A DNA stretch of 59,007 nucleotides from Syntrophales bacterium (GCA_035685905.1 DASRZY010000280.1:1-59007); one strand, 5' to 3'. Numbered from the stretch's first letter, positions 9,255 to 19,371 are shown. A program made the numbers and translations. The notes: generated by a model not told the origin, from the sequence alone.

Positions 9255-10964
9255 GTGAAAATGAAAGGAACCCAGATCTTGATCGAATGCCTGAAGGCGG
9301 AGGGAGTGGACGTCATGTTCGGCTACCCCGGTGGCTCCGTCATCGACATCTATGACGAGTTGTACCGAAGCGGCTTCAAGCACATCCTCGTCCGCCATGA
9401 ACAGGCGGCCGTGCATGCCGCCGACGGCTACGCCCGCGCAACAGGAAAGGTTGGCGTGGCGCTGGCCACCTCCGGTCCCGGGGCCACGAACACCGTGACC
9501 GGGATCGCCACGGCCAACATGGACTCCATCCCCATCGTCGTCTTCACGGGGCAGGTGCCCACGCATCTCATCGGAAACGACGCCTTCCAGGAGTGCGACA
9601 TCACGGGCATCACCCGCCCCTGCAGCAAACACAACTATCTCGTCCGCAATCCCGACGAGCTGGCCGGCACCATCCACGAGGCCTTCCACATCGCCCGCAC
9701 GGGACGCCCCGGGCCGGTGCTCGTGGATCTGCCGAAGAACGTCATCGCCGCAGAGATCGATTACGACCCCTCGAAGATCAAGGTCGACCCGACGAGACTG
9801 TCGCTGCCGCCCAAACCGTCCTCCAAGAAATACGTCCAGCTCCTCGAGATGCTGAGGGCCTCGAAGCGGCCCGTGCTGATGACCGGCGGCGGCATCCTCC
9901 TGGGAAAGGCGTCGGAGGAGTTGCGGGCCTTCGCCAGAAGGGCCAAGCTCCCTGTCACATCGACCCTCATGGGCCTCGGCGCATTCCCGGGATCGGACCC
10001 GCTCTTCCTCGGAATGCCGGGAATGCACGGCACCTATTTTGCCAACATGGCCATCAGCCACTGCGACCTTCTGATCTGCATCGGGGCCCGCTTTGACGAC
10101 CGCGTGACGGGCAAGATCGACACCTTCGCGTCCAACGCCCAGATCATCCACATCGACGTGGACCCCTCTTCGATCAACAAGAACATCGTCGTGGACCTGC
10201 CCATTGTGAGCGACGCGAAGAGCGCCCTCGAAAACATCATCCGCCTCCTCAAGGACAACAACTACGCGGCAACCGATGCGGAGCGCAAGGACTGGCTCGG
10301 CGAGATCGAGTCCTGGAAGAAGAAGGCGCCGCTCAGTTATTGCCAGGACGGCAAGGTCATCAAGCCCCAGTGCGTCATCGAGACGCTCCACGAGATCACG
10401 AAGGGCAAGGCCCTCATCACCACCGAGGTGGGCCAGAACCAGATGTGGGCGGCCCAGTTCTACAAGTATGACGACCCCAACACGTTCATCTCCTCGGGCG
10501 GTCTCGGGACAATGGGCTACGGCTTCCCGGCGGCGATGGGCGTGAAGCTCGCCTTCCCCGACCGGATCGTCGTGGACATCGCCGGCGACGGCAGCATCCA
10601 GATGAACATCCAGGAGATGGCCACGTGCATGCAGTACAACATCCCCGTGAAGATCGTCCTGCTGAACAACGGCTACCTCGGCATGGTGCGCCAGTGGCAG
10701 GAGCTCTTCTACGAGAAGCGCTACTCCAACACGGACATGACCTTCCAGCCCGACTTCGTGAAGGTGGCCGAGGCTTACGGCTGGGAGGCCTTCCGGGCGA
10801 AGACGCCCGACGAGATCCGGCCCGTCCTCGAAAAGGGGCTCATCAGCAACAGGCCCTGCCTCATGGACTTCCAGGTGGCCCGCGAGGAGTGCGTCTACCC
10901 CATGGTGAGACCCGGGGCTTCGATCAGCGAGATGACGCTGGGGACGAGGGAGATGACGAACTAA
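9255..10964 (+). CDS. ilvB: acetolactate synthase large (catalytic) subunit
   Basis: TPP-enzyme motifs FGYPGG, GPGATN and GLGTMGYGFPAAMG. GTG 9255 (or ATG 9261) follows GGAGGAGG. Confidence 0.95.
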   Translation: MKMKGTQILIECLKAEGVDVMFGYPGGSVIDIYDELYRSGFKHILVRHEQAAVHAADGYARATGKVGVALATSGPGATNTVTGIATANMDSIPIVVFTGQVPTHLIGNDAFQECDITGITRPCSKHNYLVRNPDELAGTIHEAFHIARTGRPGPVLVDLPKNVIAAEIDYDPSKIKVDPTRLSLPPKPSSKKYVQLLEMLRASKRPVLMTGGGILLGKASEELRAFARRAKLPVTSTLMGLGAFPGSDPLFLGMPGMHGTYFANMAISHCDLLICIGARFDDRVTGKIDTFASNAQIIHIDVDPSSINKNIVVDLPIVSDAKSALENIIRLLKDNNYAATDAERKDWLGEIESWKKKAPLSYCQDGKVIKPQCVIETLHEITKGKALITTEVGQNQMWAAQFYKYDDPNTFISSGGLGTMGYGFPAAMGVKLAFPDRIVVDIAGDGSIQMNIQEMATCMQYNIPVKIVLLNNGYLGMVRQWQELFYEKRYSNTDMTFQPDFVKVAEAYGWEAFRAKTPDEIRPVLEKGLISNRPCLMDFQVAREECVYPMVRPGASISEMTLGTREMTN

Positions 10965-11065
10965 GACAGGATCGAGGCTCGAGGAACGAGAATCGAGGAA
11001 AGCAGAAACGAGACGGGACCGCCGAAGGGCGGCCCGGAATTCATATTAAAGGAAGGCGCGGAAGC

Positions 11066-11551
11066 ATGGACAAGAAAGAAAACGTCATTTCCATCCTGGT
11101 CAACAACAAGCCCGACGTTCTGGCCCGCGTGGCGGGAACCCTCGGCGGCAAGGGGTACAACATCGAGACGCTCTGCGTGGACGTCACGATCAACCCCGAG
11201 GTCTCCAAGATCATCCTGACCACGGTCGGCACGAAGGCCACCGTGCAGAAGATCGAGGCGCAGCTTGCGCGTCTCATCGACGTCATCAAGGTGGAAAACC
11301 TCACCGACGTGGAGACGGTCAAGCGGGAACTGGTGCTGATCCGGATGAGCCTCACGGCGGACAGCAAAAGCGAGTTGATCCGGACGATCAACCAGCTCAA
11401 CTGCAAGATTCTGACGTTCAATTCCGATCACTGCGTCCTGGAGTACAGGGGGAGCAAGGCCGAGGTCGACAAGGTCCTGGAGACCCTGAAGCCTCTCGGG
11501 ATCGACGACATCGCCCGCACGGGCATCGCCGCACTGGAACGCAAGAATTGA
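11066..11551 (+). CDS. ilvN: acetolactate synthase small (regulatory) subunit
   Basis: ACT-domain start MDKKENVISILVNNKPDVLARVAGTLGGKGYNIETL. The upstream part of the 308-aa track ORF is an out-of-frame overlap with ilvB. Confidence 0.9.
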   Translation: MDKKENVISILVNNKPDVLARVAGTLGGKGYNIETLCVDVTINPEVSKIILTTVGTKATVQKIEAQLARLIDVIKVENLTDVETVKRELVLIRMSLTADSKSELIRTINQLNCKILTFNSDHCVLEYRGSKAEVDKVLETLKPLGIDDIARTGIAALERKN

Positions 11552-11557
11552 AAATCA

Positions 11558-11588
11558 GTGGCTAGTGGTTAGTGGCTTGTGTTTCGTG
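11558..11588. repeat. left arm of imperfect inverted repeat (7-nt stutter TAGTGGN)
   Basis: GTGGCTAGTGGTTAGTGGCTTGTGTTTCGTG. By hand count, 24 of 31 positions are complementary to 11696-11726. Confidence 0.75.
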
Positions 11589-11695
11589 CCGGAAAAAAAG
11601 CAGGGGGATATTTGCCCTTTTTTTCGGGCTTGAATTCCGGGCCGCTTTCAACCGCCGTTCAATAGAGCGGCCGGACATTGACGCAAAACTCCCGT

Positions 11696-11726
11696 CACTA
11701 GACACTAGACACGAACCACTAACCAC
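11696..11726. repeat. right arm of imperfect inverted repeat
   Basis: CACTAGACACTAGACACGAACCACTAACCAC. It ends 17 nt before the ilvC ATG. Confidence 0.75.
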
Positions 11727-11743
11727 AAAAGAAGGAGGAACCC

Positions 11744-12787
11744 ATGTCACAGCTCAACATCGGCGGGGTGGTCGAGGAAGTCATCACCTCTGAGGAATTT
11801 ACCCTGGAGAAGGCCCGCAAGGTTCTCAAGGACGAGGTCGTGGCCATCATCGGCTACGGCGTACAGGGGCGCGGCCAGGCGCTGAACCTGCGCGACAACG
11901 GGATCAACGTCATCGTCGGCGAGGAGTACAACACAAAGAAGGCAATCGAAGAAGGCTGGGTCCCCGGCAAGACGCTCTTCCCCCTCATGGAGGCCGCAAA
12001 GCGGGGCACGATCCTGCAGTATCTCATGTCCGATGCCCAGCAGAAGTCCCTGTGGCCCGAGTTGAAGCCCTACCTGACCAAGGGGAAGGCCCTCTACTTC
12101 TCTCACGGGTTTTCCATCGTCTACAAGGAGCAGACGGGCGTGATCCCGCCTGCCGACATCGATGTCATCCTGGTGGCCCCCAAGGGAGCCGGGCGCACCG
12201 TGCGCGACAATTACCTGGCCGGCAGCGGCATCAACTCGAGCTACGCCGTCTTCCAGGACGCAACGGGACGTGCCCTCGAGCGCACACTCGCCGTCGGCGT
12301 GGCCATCGGGTCCGGCTACCTCTTCCCGACGAGTTTCGAGCACGAGGTCTGGAGCGATCTTACGGGCGAGCGCGGCGTGCTGATGGGGTGCCTGGCCGGC
12401 GTCCTCGAGGCCCAGTACAACGAGCTGCGCAAGCACGGCCACAGCCCCAGCGAGGCCTTCAACGAGACCGTGGAGGAGCTCACCCAGAGCCTCATGCCGC
12501 TGGTCGCCCAGAACGGGATGGACTGGATGTACGCCAACTGCAGCACCACGGCCCAGCGCGGGGCCCTGGACTGGAAGGACCGCTTCCGCGATGCCGTGGC
12601 GCCCGTTTTCAGCGAACTCTATGATCGCGTGAAGACCGGCAAGGAGACGGAGATCGTCCTGAGAGTCAACAGCATGCCCGACTACCGGGAAAAGCTGCAG
12701 AAGGAGCTTGACTCGATGCGCAACTCCGAGATGTGGCAGGCCGGCGCCGTTGTGCGGTCCCTCAGGCCGGAGCGGCGCAAGAAATAG
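11744..12787 (+). CDS. ilvC: ketol-acid reductoisomerase
   Basis: IIGYGVQGRGQALNLRDNG NADP-binding motif. GAAGGAGGA RBS. Confidence 0.95.
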   Translation: MSQLNIGGVVEEVITSEEFTLEKARKVLKDEVVAIIGYGVQGRGQALNLRDNGINVIVGEEYNTKKAIEEGWVPGKTLFPLMEAAKRGTILQYLMSDAQQKSLWPELKPYLTKGKALYFSHGFSIVYKEQTGVIPPADIDVILVAPKGAGRTVRDNYLAGSGINSSYAVFQDATGRALERTLAVGVAIGSGYLFPTSFEHEVWSDLTGERGVLMGCLAGVLEAQYNELRKHGHSPSEAFNETVEELTQSLMPLVAQNGMDWMYANCSTTAQRGALDWKDRFRDAVAPVFSELYDRVKTGKETEIVLRVNSMPDYREKLQKELDSMRNSEMWQAGAVVRSLRPERRKK

Positions 12788-12971
12788 AAGTGAGGAAGTG
12801 AAAAAGAGCGGAAGAGCGGCAAAAGACGGAGGAAGGCCCTGACTCTTTATGCGATCTTCTGATCTTCCGCGCTTCCGATCTTCGTAATTTTCAGGGGGAG
12901 GGGGCCGAAGGTTGACCCTCCCTTTGCCTTATGGCATAAAGAGAACATCTGCATCCAAAAGGGAGGGAAAC

Positions 12972-14636
12972 ATGCGAAGCGATCTGATGAAAAAAGGCGT
13001 TGAGAGGGCACCCCACCGGTCCCTCTTCAAGGCCATGGGTTACACCGACGAGGAGATCGGCCGCCCCCTGATCGGCGTGGTCAACTCGTACAACGAGATC
13101 ATCCCGGGGCACATCCACCTGCGCACCATCACCGAGCAGGTGAAGGCGGGCATCCGCATGGCCGGGGGCACGCCCGTGGAGTTCCCCGCCATCGGCGTCT
13201 GCGACGGCATCGCCATGGGCCACGTGGGCATGAAGTACTCGCTCGCGAGCCGCGAGCTGGTCGCCGACTCCGTCGAGATCATGGCCATCGCCCACCCCTT
13301 CGACGGCCTTGTCTTCATCCCCAACTGCGACAAGGTCGTGCCGGGCATGCTCATGGCGGCCCTGAGGCTGAACATCCCTTCCATCTTTATCAGCGGCGGG
13401 CCCATGCTGGCGGGGAAGCTTCGCGGCAAGCCCGTGGACCTCATCACCGTCTTCGAGGGCGTGGGCGCCGTCAAGTCGGGGAAGATGACGGCACGGCAGC
13501 TCAAGGAACTCGAGGACTGCGCCTGCCCGGGCTGCGGGTCCTGCTCCGGCATGTACACGGCCAACACGATGAACTGCATGACCGAGGCCCTCGGGATGGG
13601 CCTTCCGGGCAACGGGACCGTACTGGCTGTCGACTCGGCGCGGCTGCGCCTGGCCAAGGAGGCCGGGATGCAGGTCATGGAGCTCGTGAAGAAAAAGCTC
13701 CTGCCCCGCGACATCGCAACGATGGAGGCCTTCAAGAATGCCATCGCCGTGGACATGGCGCTGGGCGGCTCGACGAACACCGTTCTTCACCTTCCGGCCA
13801 TCGCCCACGAGGCGGGCATCCGGCTCGACCTGGAGCTGTTCAACCAGATCGGCGCCAAGACCCCCAACATCTGCAAGTTGAGCCCCGCAGGGGCCCATCA
13901 CATCGAAGATCTCGAGGCGGCCGGCGGCGTGCAGGCGGTCATGAAGGAAATCAGCCAGCTCGGTGTCATCAACGGGAAGGCGCTGACCGTATCGGGCCCC
14001 GTGGCGAAAAATCTCAAAGAGGCCCGGGTCTGGGATTACTCTGTGATCCGCTCCATCAAGGATCCGTACAGCCCCGACGGCGGCCTGGCCGTCATCAAGG
14101 GCAACATCGCACCCGAAGGCGGCGTCGTGAAGCGCTCTGCCGTGGCCCCAGGCATGCTGGTCAATGAAGGCCGCGCGCGCGTTTTCGACAGCGAGGACGA
14201 CGCCATCGAGGCCATACTCGGCGGGAAGATCAAGGCGGGCGACGTTGTCGTCATCCGCTACGAGGGACCCAAGGGCGGCCCGGGGATGCGCGAGATGCTC
14301 GCGCCCACGTCGGCGCTGGCCGGCATGGGCCTGGCCGAGTCGGTGGCGCTGCTCACCGACGGGCGCTTCAGCGGCGGCTCGCGGGGCGCCGCGATCGGGC
14401 ACATCTCGCCCGAGGCGGCCGAAGGCGGCCCCATTGCGCTCGTCAAGGAAGGCGACCGCATCGCCATCGACATCCCGAAGCGCAAGATCGCCCTCCTGGT
14501 GAGCGCCGAGGAACTGAAACGGCGCAAGAAGGCCTGGAAACCGCCGAAGCCCAGGATCCAGTCGGGCTACCTCTCCCGGTACGCCAGCCTCGTCACATCG
14601 GGGAGCACGGGCGCGGTCCTGAAAGACAGGGTTTGA
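12972..14636 (+). CDS. ilvD: dihydroxy-acid dehydratase
   Basis: [18 protein letters not shown] start. Motifs [16 protein letters not shown] and [24 protein letters not shown]. Confidence 0.95.
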   Translation: MRSDLMKKGVERAPHRSLFKAMGYTDEEIGRPLIGVVNSYNEIIPGHIHLRTITEQVKAGIRMAGGTPVEFPAIGVCDGIAMGHVGMKYSLASRELVADSVEIMAIAHPFDGLVFIPNCDKVVPGMLMAALRLNIPSIFISGGPMLAGKLRGKPVDLITVFEGVGAVKSGKMTARQLKELEDCACPGCGSCSGMYTANTMNCMTEALGMGLPGNGTVLAVDSARLRLAKEAGMQVMELVKKKLLPRDIATMEAFKNAIAVDMALGGSTNTVLHLPAIAHEAGIRLDLELFNQIGAKTPNICKLSPAGAHHIEDLEAAGGVQAVMKEISQLGVINGKALTVSGPVAKNLKEARVWDYSVIRSIKDPYSPDGGLAVIKGNIAPEGGVVKRSAVAPGMLVNEGRARVFDSEDDAIEAILGGKIKAGDVVVIRYEGPKGGPGMREMLAPTSALAGMGLAESVALLTDGRFSGGSRGAAIGHISPEAAEGGPIALVKEGDRIAIDIPKRKIALLVSAEELKRRKKAWKPPKPRIQSGYLSRYASLVTSGSTGAVLKDRV

Positions 14637-14646
14637 ACATGAAGAA

Positions 14647-14676
14647 GGGGAGCCGATGAGGCTCCCCTCAATTTTT
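14647..14676 (+). terminator. intrinsic terminator after ilvD
   Basis: GGGGAGCC-gatga-GGCTCCCC followed by tcaATTTTT. Confidence 0.7.
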
Positions 14677-14732
14677 CCAGGGTAATCTGCAATATGGATC
14701 CGTCGGATCCATGATCAACAGGGAGGTGCGTC

Positions 14733-15374
14733 ATGAAACCATTTGAGAAAAAGCTCCTGTGTCTCATCGTTGCCCTTTCCATTATCGTGGTTTTCTCTTT
14801 CGGCGCTTTCGCCCAGGACCGGATGCCCGCCATCCCTCTCGACAAGATGAACGCTCTCCAGAAAAAGTATGCCGATGAAATCATCAAGGGCCCCCGCGGC
14901 GCACTCTATAATCCCTTCACCACTCTCATCCGCAGCCCCGAGCTCATGGATCGGGCCCAGAAAATCGGCGAATACCTGAGATACAAAAGCGCCATCGGTA
15001 CACGACTCACGGAACTCGTCATATTGATCGTGGCGCGCCAATGGACCCAGCAGGTGGAGTGGGCGATCCATGAGCCCATCGCCCTCAAGGAAGGAATCAA
15101 ACCCGACGTGATCCTGGCAATCGCCGATGGCCGTCGCCCCGTCGGCATGAGCGACGATGAAGAAATGATTTACAACTTCTGCACGGAGCTGCACACCAAC
15201 AAGAGCATCACCGACGTGACCTATGACAGGGTGTTGAAGCGTTTCGGCGAACAGGGCGTGATCGACACCCTCGGCATCAACGGGTACTATACGTTCCTCG
15301 CCATGGTCATGAACGGCACGCGGACCGCCGTGCCAGATAACAAGCCGGGAGCGCTCAAGCCGTTCCCTAAGTGA
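14733..15374 (+). CDS. carboxymuconolactone decarboxylase (AhpD-like) family protein, signal peptide
   Basis: N-terminal signal peptide ending FGAFAQ. CMD-like helical core TRLTELVILIVARQWTQQVEWAIHEPIALKEG. No CxxC motif. Confidence 0.7.
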   Translation: MKPFEKKLLCLIVALSIIVVFSFGAFAQDRMPAIPLDKMNALQKKYADEIIKGPRGALYNPFTTLIRSPELMDRAQKIGEYLRYKSAIGTRLTELVILIVARQWTQQVEWAIHEPIALKEGIKPDVILAIADGRRPVGMSDDEEMIYNFCTELHTNKSITDVTYDRVLKRFGEQGVIDTLGINGYYTFLAMVMNGTRTAVPDNKPGALKPFPK

Positions 15375-15499
15375 AAGGGCGGCCTGACCCACTGGGAGAG
15401 GAAAAGAACATTCCTGCAAGAAGGGGCAGGGCGCATTCTCCGGCCCTGCCCTTCTTGCCCTGTCACGGCAGGGCGTGATCGTTTTCCAGAAATGCATCC

Positions 15500-16309
15500 A
15501 TGATCTCATCGGCCCTTCGCGCGATTGCCATCTCCATCACGGGGGTTCTCGCCTTGATGTTCTTCCTGCAGTCGCGGCTTGTCTACTTCCCCGACGCTCA
15601 GATCATCGCCACGCCGAGGGACAGGGGGATGGCCTACGAGGAGATTTCCTTCGATGCCGCCGACGGCGTGCAGCTTTCGGCCTGGTACGTGCCGTCACAG
15701 AGAAACCGCGGGGTCGTCCTCTTCAGCCACGGAAACGGCGGGAACATCTCCTACAATCTCCCCTTCGTCGAGATCCTGCACAGCGTGGGCCTTTCCACGT
15801 TCATCTACGATTACAGGGGTTATGGACAAAGCAAAGGAAAACCATCAGAGGACGGGACCTACAGCGACGTCGCGGGGGCCTGGCGTTACCTGACGGAGAG
15901 CCGGAAGGTGCCTGCCGGACAGATCCTTCTCTACGGTCAATCCCTGGGCGGCCCCATCGCAGCCAAGCTCGCTGCAGAGAAAACGCCTGCAGCGCTCATC
16001 CTCGATTCCACGTTTACAAGCTTTGTTGACATTGCAGGCTACCACTACCCTTTCCTTCCCGTGCGGTGGCTTGCCCGCTTCGAGTACAACACGCTCGATC
16101 ACGTAAAAAAAGTGCACTGTCCCGTGCTGGTCATCCACAGTCCTGATGACGAGATCGCGCCCTTCAATCAGGGAGTAGCACTTTTCGAGGCGGCGCCGGA
16201 ACCGAAAGGCTTCATCAAACTTCGGGGCGGTCACAACGACGCCCTCTTCCTTTCGGCCGACGCATACAGGACGGGCCTGGATGCCTTTCTCAAGAAGACT
16301 GGCCGCTGA
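15500..16309 (+). CDS. alpha/beta hydrolase (membrane-anchored)
   Basis: N-terminal TM segment, HGNGGN oxyanion region, GQSLGG nucleophile elbow, and D and H near the C-terminus. Confidence 0.8.
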   Translation: MISSALRAIAISITGVLALMFFLQSRLVYFPDAQIIATPRDRGMAYEEISFDAADGVQLSAWYVPSQRNRGVVLFSHGNGGNISYNLPFVEILHSVGLSTFIYDYRGYGQSKGKPSEDGTYSDVAGAWRYLTESRKVPAGQILLYGQSLGGPIAAKLAAEKTPAALILDSTFTSFVDIAGYHYPFLPVRWLARFEYNTLDHVKKVHCPVLVIHSPDDEIAPFNQGVALFEAAPEPKGFIKLRGGHNDALFLSADAYRTGLDAFLKKTGR

Positions 16310-16396
16310 ACCGTATTTTCCCAGCATCGTGTCCTGCCTTCATGGCTGAGCCGGCGGGAATAACGGACGCTTTGTGATCGATGGAGTTGAGAATAA

Positions 16397-18379
16397 CTAG
16401 GTAAGGACGCGGACCGGCAGGATCACGGCCGTAATCCCCGCAAACTGCAGCCGCCTCTGGATGGCAAAGGCCGTCTCGTTGTGAAGGATTCGCTGGAAGG
16501 GCATCTCATGCTGAAAGACCAGTTGCCCGGCAAAGACTGTGGATCGGGGAAATTCTTTGACGATCGATTCGATCAGGTCCGTTGCCGCCTCGACCACGTC
16601 GGTGCCCACGTCGGTCCTGTAATCGGCGGGGAAGCCGTAGGAGCGGCAGAGAGTCGCGTATTGCTGCAATTGATCGACTACGGAGGCCTTCAGGGCATCC
16701 ACCTCGTCCCGGCCCTTGAAGGAGCCCGAATCGATCGCCCCCACCGACACAAAGATGAAATTCCTGTAGAGCTTGGGGAACTCCCGGAAGACGGAGAGCC
16801 AGGCGTGAATCCCGGCGCCGTTGAAGCCGCTCACCAGCATGATGGCCGTCCTCTCTTTCGGATCGAGAGGCTCGTGGTTGTACTGTCCCCCGGGGGGGGT
16901 TGTTGAAAGAAGGTCCTCTATCTGCCGGACGCTGAGGGCGACCTTCGAGTAGTGGCGGCGAATCAGGTAGCACAATCCAATCAAGCTGGTTGTCAGCATC
17001 AGGGTAACCCAGCCGCCCTCTTCAAACTTCTCAAAAACAGTGACCGCCAGGATGGTCACACAGAGTATAAAGCCGATGACATGGATGACGATGTGCCTTT
17101 TCCAGTCCGGGTCCTGGTGCCGGGTTCGCACACAAAGACGCATCATTCCAAACTGGGACAGGGAGAACGTCAGAAAGACGTTGATGGAGTACATGATGAC
17201 CAGTGCAGATACGGATCCCCCCGTATAGAACAGGACGAGCATGGCGGCCCCTCCCATGAGGAACACGCCGTTCTGCATGGTCAGGCGCTCCGACAGGGCC
17301 GTAAAGCGGCGGGGGAGCCAGGAGTCGACGGCCATGTTCGCCATGACGGACGGCCCGCCGACAAACCCCGATTGGGCGGCCACCATGAGAAGGGCCCCCT
17401 CGGAGAGGATCGTGATGAAGGCTAGGGCCGCTCCAAGGGGCCATTCTGCGAACGTCGCGTCGGCCAGGATGGAATTCAGGGTCCGCCCCTCGACGGGCTT
17501 GATGGAATACAATAAATAGCAGATGAGCAGTCCCCCGGCCGTGATCGCCAGCGAGGCTGCCAGGTAGACCATCGTCCGCTTGCCCGTCTGGACCTTGGGT
17601 TCGCGCATGATGTTCATGGCATTGGAGACAGCCTCGATCCCCGTATAGGTCCCTCCCCCCAGGGAGAAGGCCCGGAGAAAAATCGCGAGGATTGCCAGGA
17701 AGCCTATGGAGATCATATCCTGGTTGAGGCTTCCCCTGAGCTCGTGGATCAGCGGATCCACGCGTTCGGAATGGCTGAGGATCCCGTAACCGATCAGGAG
17801 GATGTGGGTCACGATAAAGACGGCGAAGATCGGCGCCAGGACGGTGACGGACTCTTTGACGCCGCGCAGGTTCAGGAAAAGCATGACGATGATGAGAAAG
17901 GACACGACGGCGAGCTTGTAGTGCAACCAAGCCGGCGGCAGATAACTGAAAATGGCGTCGCCGCAGGAAGCCAGGGAAACAGCGATTGTAAGGACGTAAT
18001 CCACGAGGAGGGCCGACCCCGCGATGACGCCGGCGCTGTCACTGATGGTATGGGTCGAAACGACGTAGCCCCCTCCTCCGTGTGGAAAATGCTCGATGAT
18101 GCGGGAATAGGCATAGCAGATGACGATGACGGTGAACGCCGTTGCCAGGGCCAGGAACACGGCAAGATAGGTATGCGGGCCCAAGGCCCTGAAGGCTTCC
18201 TCGGGACCATAAGATGACGAAGACAAGCCGTCGGCGCCCAGTCCGATCCAGGCCATTATGGGAATGAGGGAGATCTTGTGGAAGACGGTGGGTTCGTTGA
18301 TGTCGCGAGGCTTGCCGAGGAGTTTTCTCCGCAGCCGCGACAGAAAGGTGAGATCGTGCTCCGATGCCGATGGCTTCAT
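16397..18379 (-). CDS. APC-superfamily permease with C-terminal cytoplasmic domain (KimA-like architecture)
   Basis: 660 aa. About 12 TM helices follow the N-terminus, then a soluble C-terminal domain of about 200 aa. Substrate cannot be assigned from sequence. Confidence 0.75.
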   Translation of the reverse strand: MKPSASEHDLTFLSRLRRKLLGKPRDINEPTVFHKISLIPIMAWIGLGADGLSSSSYGPEEAFRALGPHTYLAVFLALATAFTVIVICYAYSRIIEHFPHGGGGYVVSTHTISDSAGVIAGSALLVDYVLTIAVSLASCGDAIFSYLPPAWLHYKLAVVSFLIIVMLFLNLRGVKESVTVLAPIFAVFIVTHILLIGYGILSHSERVDPLIHELRGSLNQDMISIGFLAILAIFLRAFSLGGGTYTGIEAVSNAMNIMREPKVQTGKRTMVYLAASLAITAGGLLICYLLYSIKPVEGRTLNSILADATFAEWPLGAALAFITILSEGALLMVAAQSGFVGGPSVMANMAVDSWLPRRFTALSERLTMQNGVFLMGGAAMLVLFYTGGSVSALVIMYSINVFLTFSLSQFGMMRLCVRTRHQDPDWKRHIVIHVIGFILCVTILAVTVFEKFEEGGWVTLMLTTSLIGLCYLIRRHYSKVALSVRQIEDLLSTTPPGGQYNHEPLDPKERTAIMLVSGFNGAGIHAWLSVFREFPKLYRNFIFVSVGAIDSGSFKGRDEVDALKASVVDQLQQYATLCRSYGFPADYRTDVGTDVVEAATDLIESIVKEFPRSTVFAGQLVFQHEMPFQRILHNETAFAIQRRLQFAGITAVILPVRVLT

Positions 18380-18410
18380 AAGTGACCGGGATTATATAAC
18401 GGCGGGGATG

Positions 18411-18758
18411 CTATTCAATGGGATTTTCGACATACACTCCATCGCCGCACTTCCCGCACAGGAAGCCTAATTTTCCATTGAGCTGGGTGCCTTCCGCATC
18501 GAGGACCCGGACAGACAAATTGACCGTGTTCACCTGCAGGGCGATGGTTTTCCCGTCTTGGATGGTCAGCTGGATCGGCTTGCATTCAACGGGCAGTTCA
18601 TTATCGGATTTGGCCCGGAAAGACAATTCATATTTCCCGGGGGGCACATCAACGCTCACGCCCTTCAGCGGGGGCAGGTTTGCGCTCTCCTGCCCGTTCA
18701 GGAGGAGCGTATATTCATAATGGCGATCCAGGTTGGTCAGGTCAATTGTAGCGGACAT
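18411..18758 (-). CDS. hypothetical protein (115 aa, beta-rich)
   Basis: Ends 31 nt upstream of the permease start, so probably co-transcribed. I recognise no family. Confidence 0.45.
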   Translation of the reverse strand: MSATIDLTNLDRHYEYTLLLNGQESANLPPLKGVSVDVPPGKYELSFRAKSDNELPVECKPIQLTIQDGKTIALQVNTVNLSVRVLDAEGTQLNGKLGFLCGKCGDGVYVENPIE

Positions 18759-18915
18759 AGTCAGTGCACCAGACGCTCCTTATAGAGCAAGGCCCAGGGC
18801 AAAGTCAAACGGAATAAATGCGGGCACTTGACGCTTCGTATGAACAACGGGCCGAACCAACATCCCATGCATTTCGATGCAATCGATCGATACGCATTCA
18901 AGCCCCTCACCCTCT

Positions 18916-19242
18916 TTACGGTGAAGGATACTTGTCCTGGAATTCATCCTTCTGCTTGAGATGCTCGGCCATCATGATCCGCGACTGGACGTCCTTTTGC
19001 CGCGCTTTCAGGTCTTCGAGGTAGGCCTCGCGGGACACGCCGGCCGGCACGGCTCCCCCCCCGTTCACCCGGTCGATTTCCTGATCGATCTTCAATCCGT
19101 AACTCTGCAGCTCGTCGGGCGACATGAACGTATCGCTCGTGGCGAGGATCCCCTCGGAATAGGGACGCGGCGCAGCGCACCCCAGCAGGAGCAGGATTGA
19201 CGCAATTGCGAACAGAACAGCCACCCTGAATTTCGTCGGCAT
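18916..19242 (-). CDS. small lipoprotein, unknown family (paralog A)
   Basis: ATG 19242 preceded by AAAAGGAGGG. Lipobox LLLGC. Paralogous to 19372..19713. Confidence 0.6.
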   Translation of the reverse strand: MPTKFRVAVLFAIASILLLLGCAAPRPYSEGILATSDTFMSPDELQSYGLKIDQEIDRVNGGGAVPAGVSREAYLEDLKARQKDVQSRIMMAEHLKQKDEFQDKYPSP

Positions 19243-19371
19243 AGAGACAACCCTCCTTTTCCATTTCCGCCCCGGGGGCATCGGATTCCCCGTCTTCTGA
19301 ACCGCGAAGTCCGCTTCCGAGTGTGTTCGCGGGGCCGGTCTCCGTGCGTCACGGGAAAACGGGAAACGCCA

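Noticed and set aside
11552-11743. Interpretation of the stuttered inverted-repeat elements as MITEs or as CRISPR-like arrays.
   Set aside because: - The arms differ in sequence between loci.
- I see no target-site duplications (only a trivial AAAA at one element).
- No transposase is nearby.
- The repeat units are 7-8 nt, contiguous and degenerate, with no spacers, so they are not CRISPR.

They are kept as an unexplained repeat class instead.
18759-18915. c-di-AMP (ydaO/kimA-type) riboswitch upstream of the hypothetical-protein and KimA-like permease operon.
   Set aside because: The 157-nt leader lacks the GGGGACCCA-type and pseudo-symmetric conserved segments that I recall for this class. 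No convincing structure was seen.
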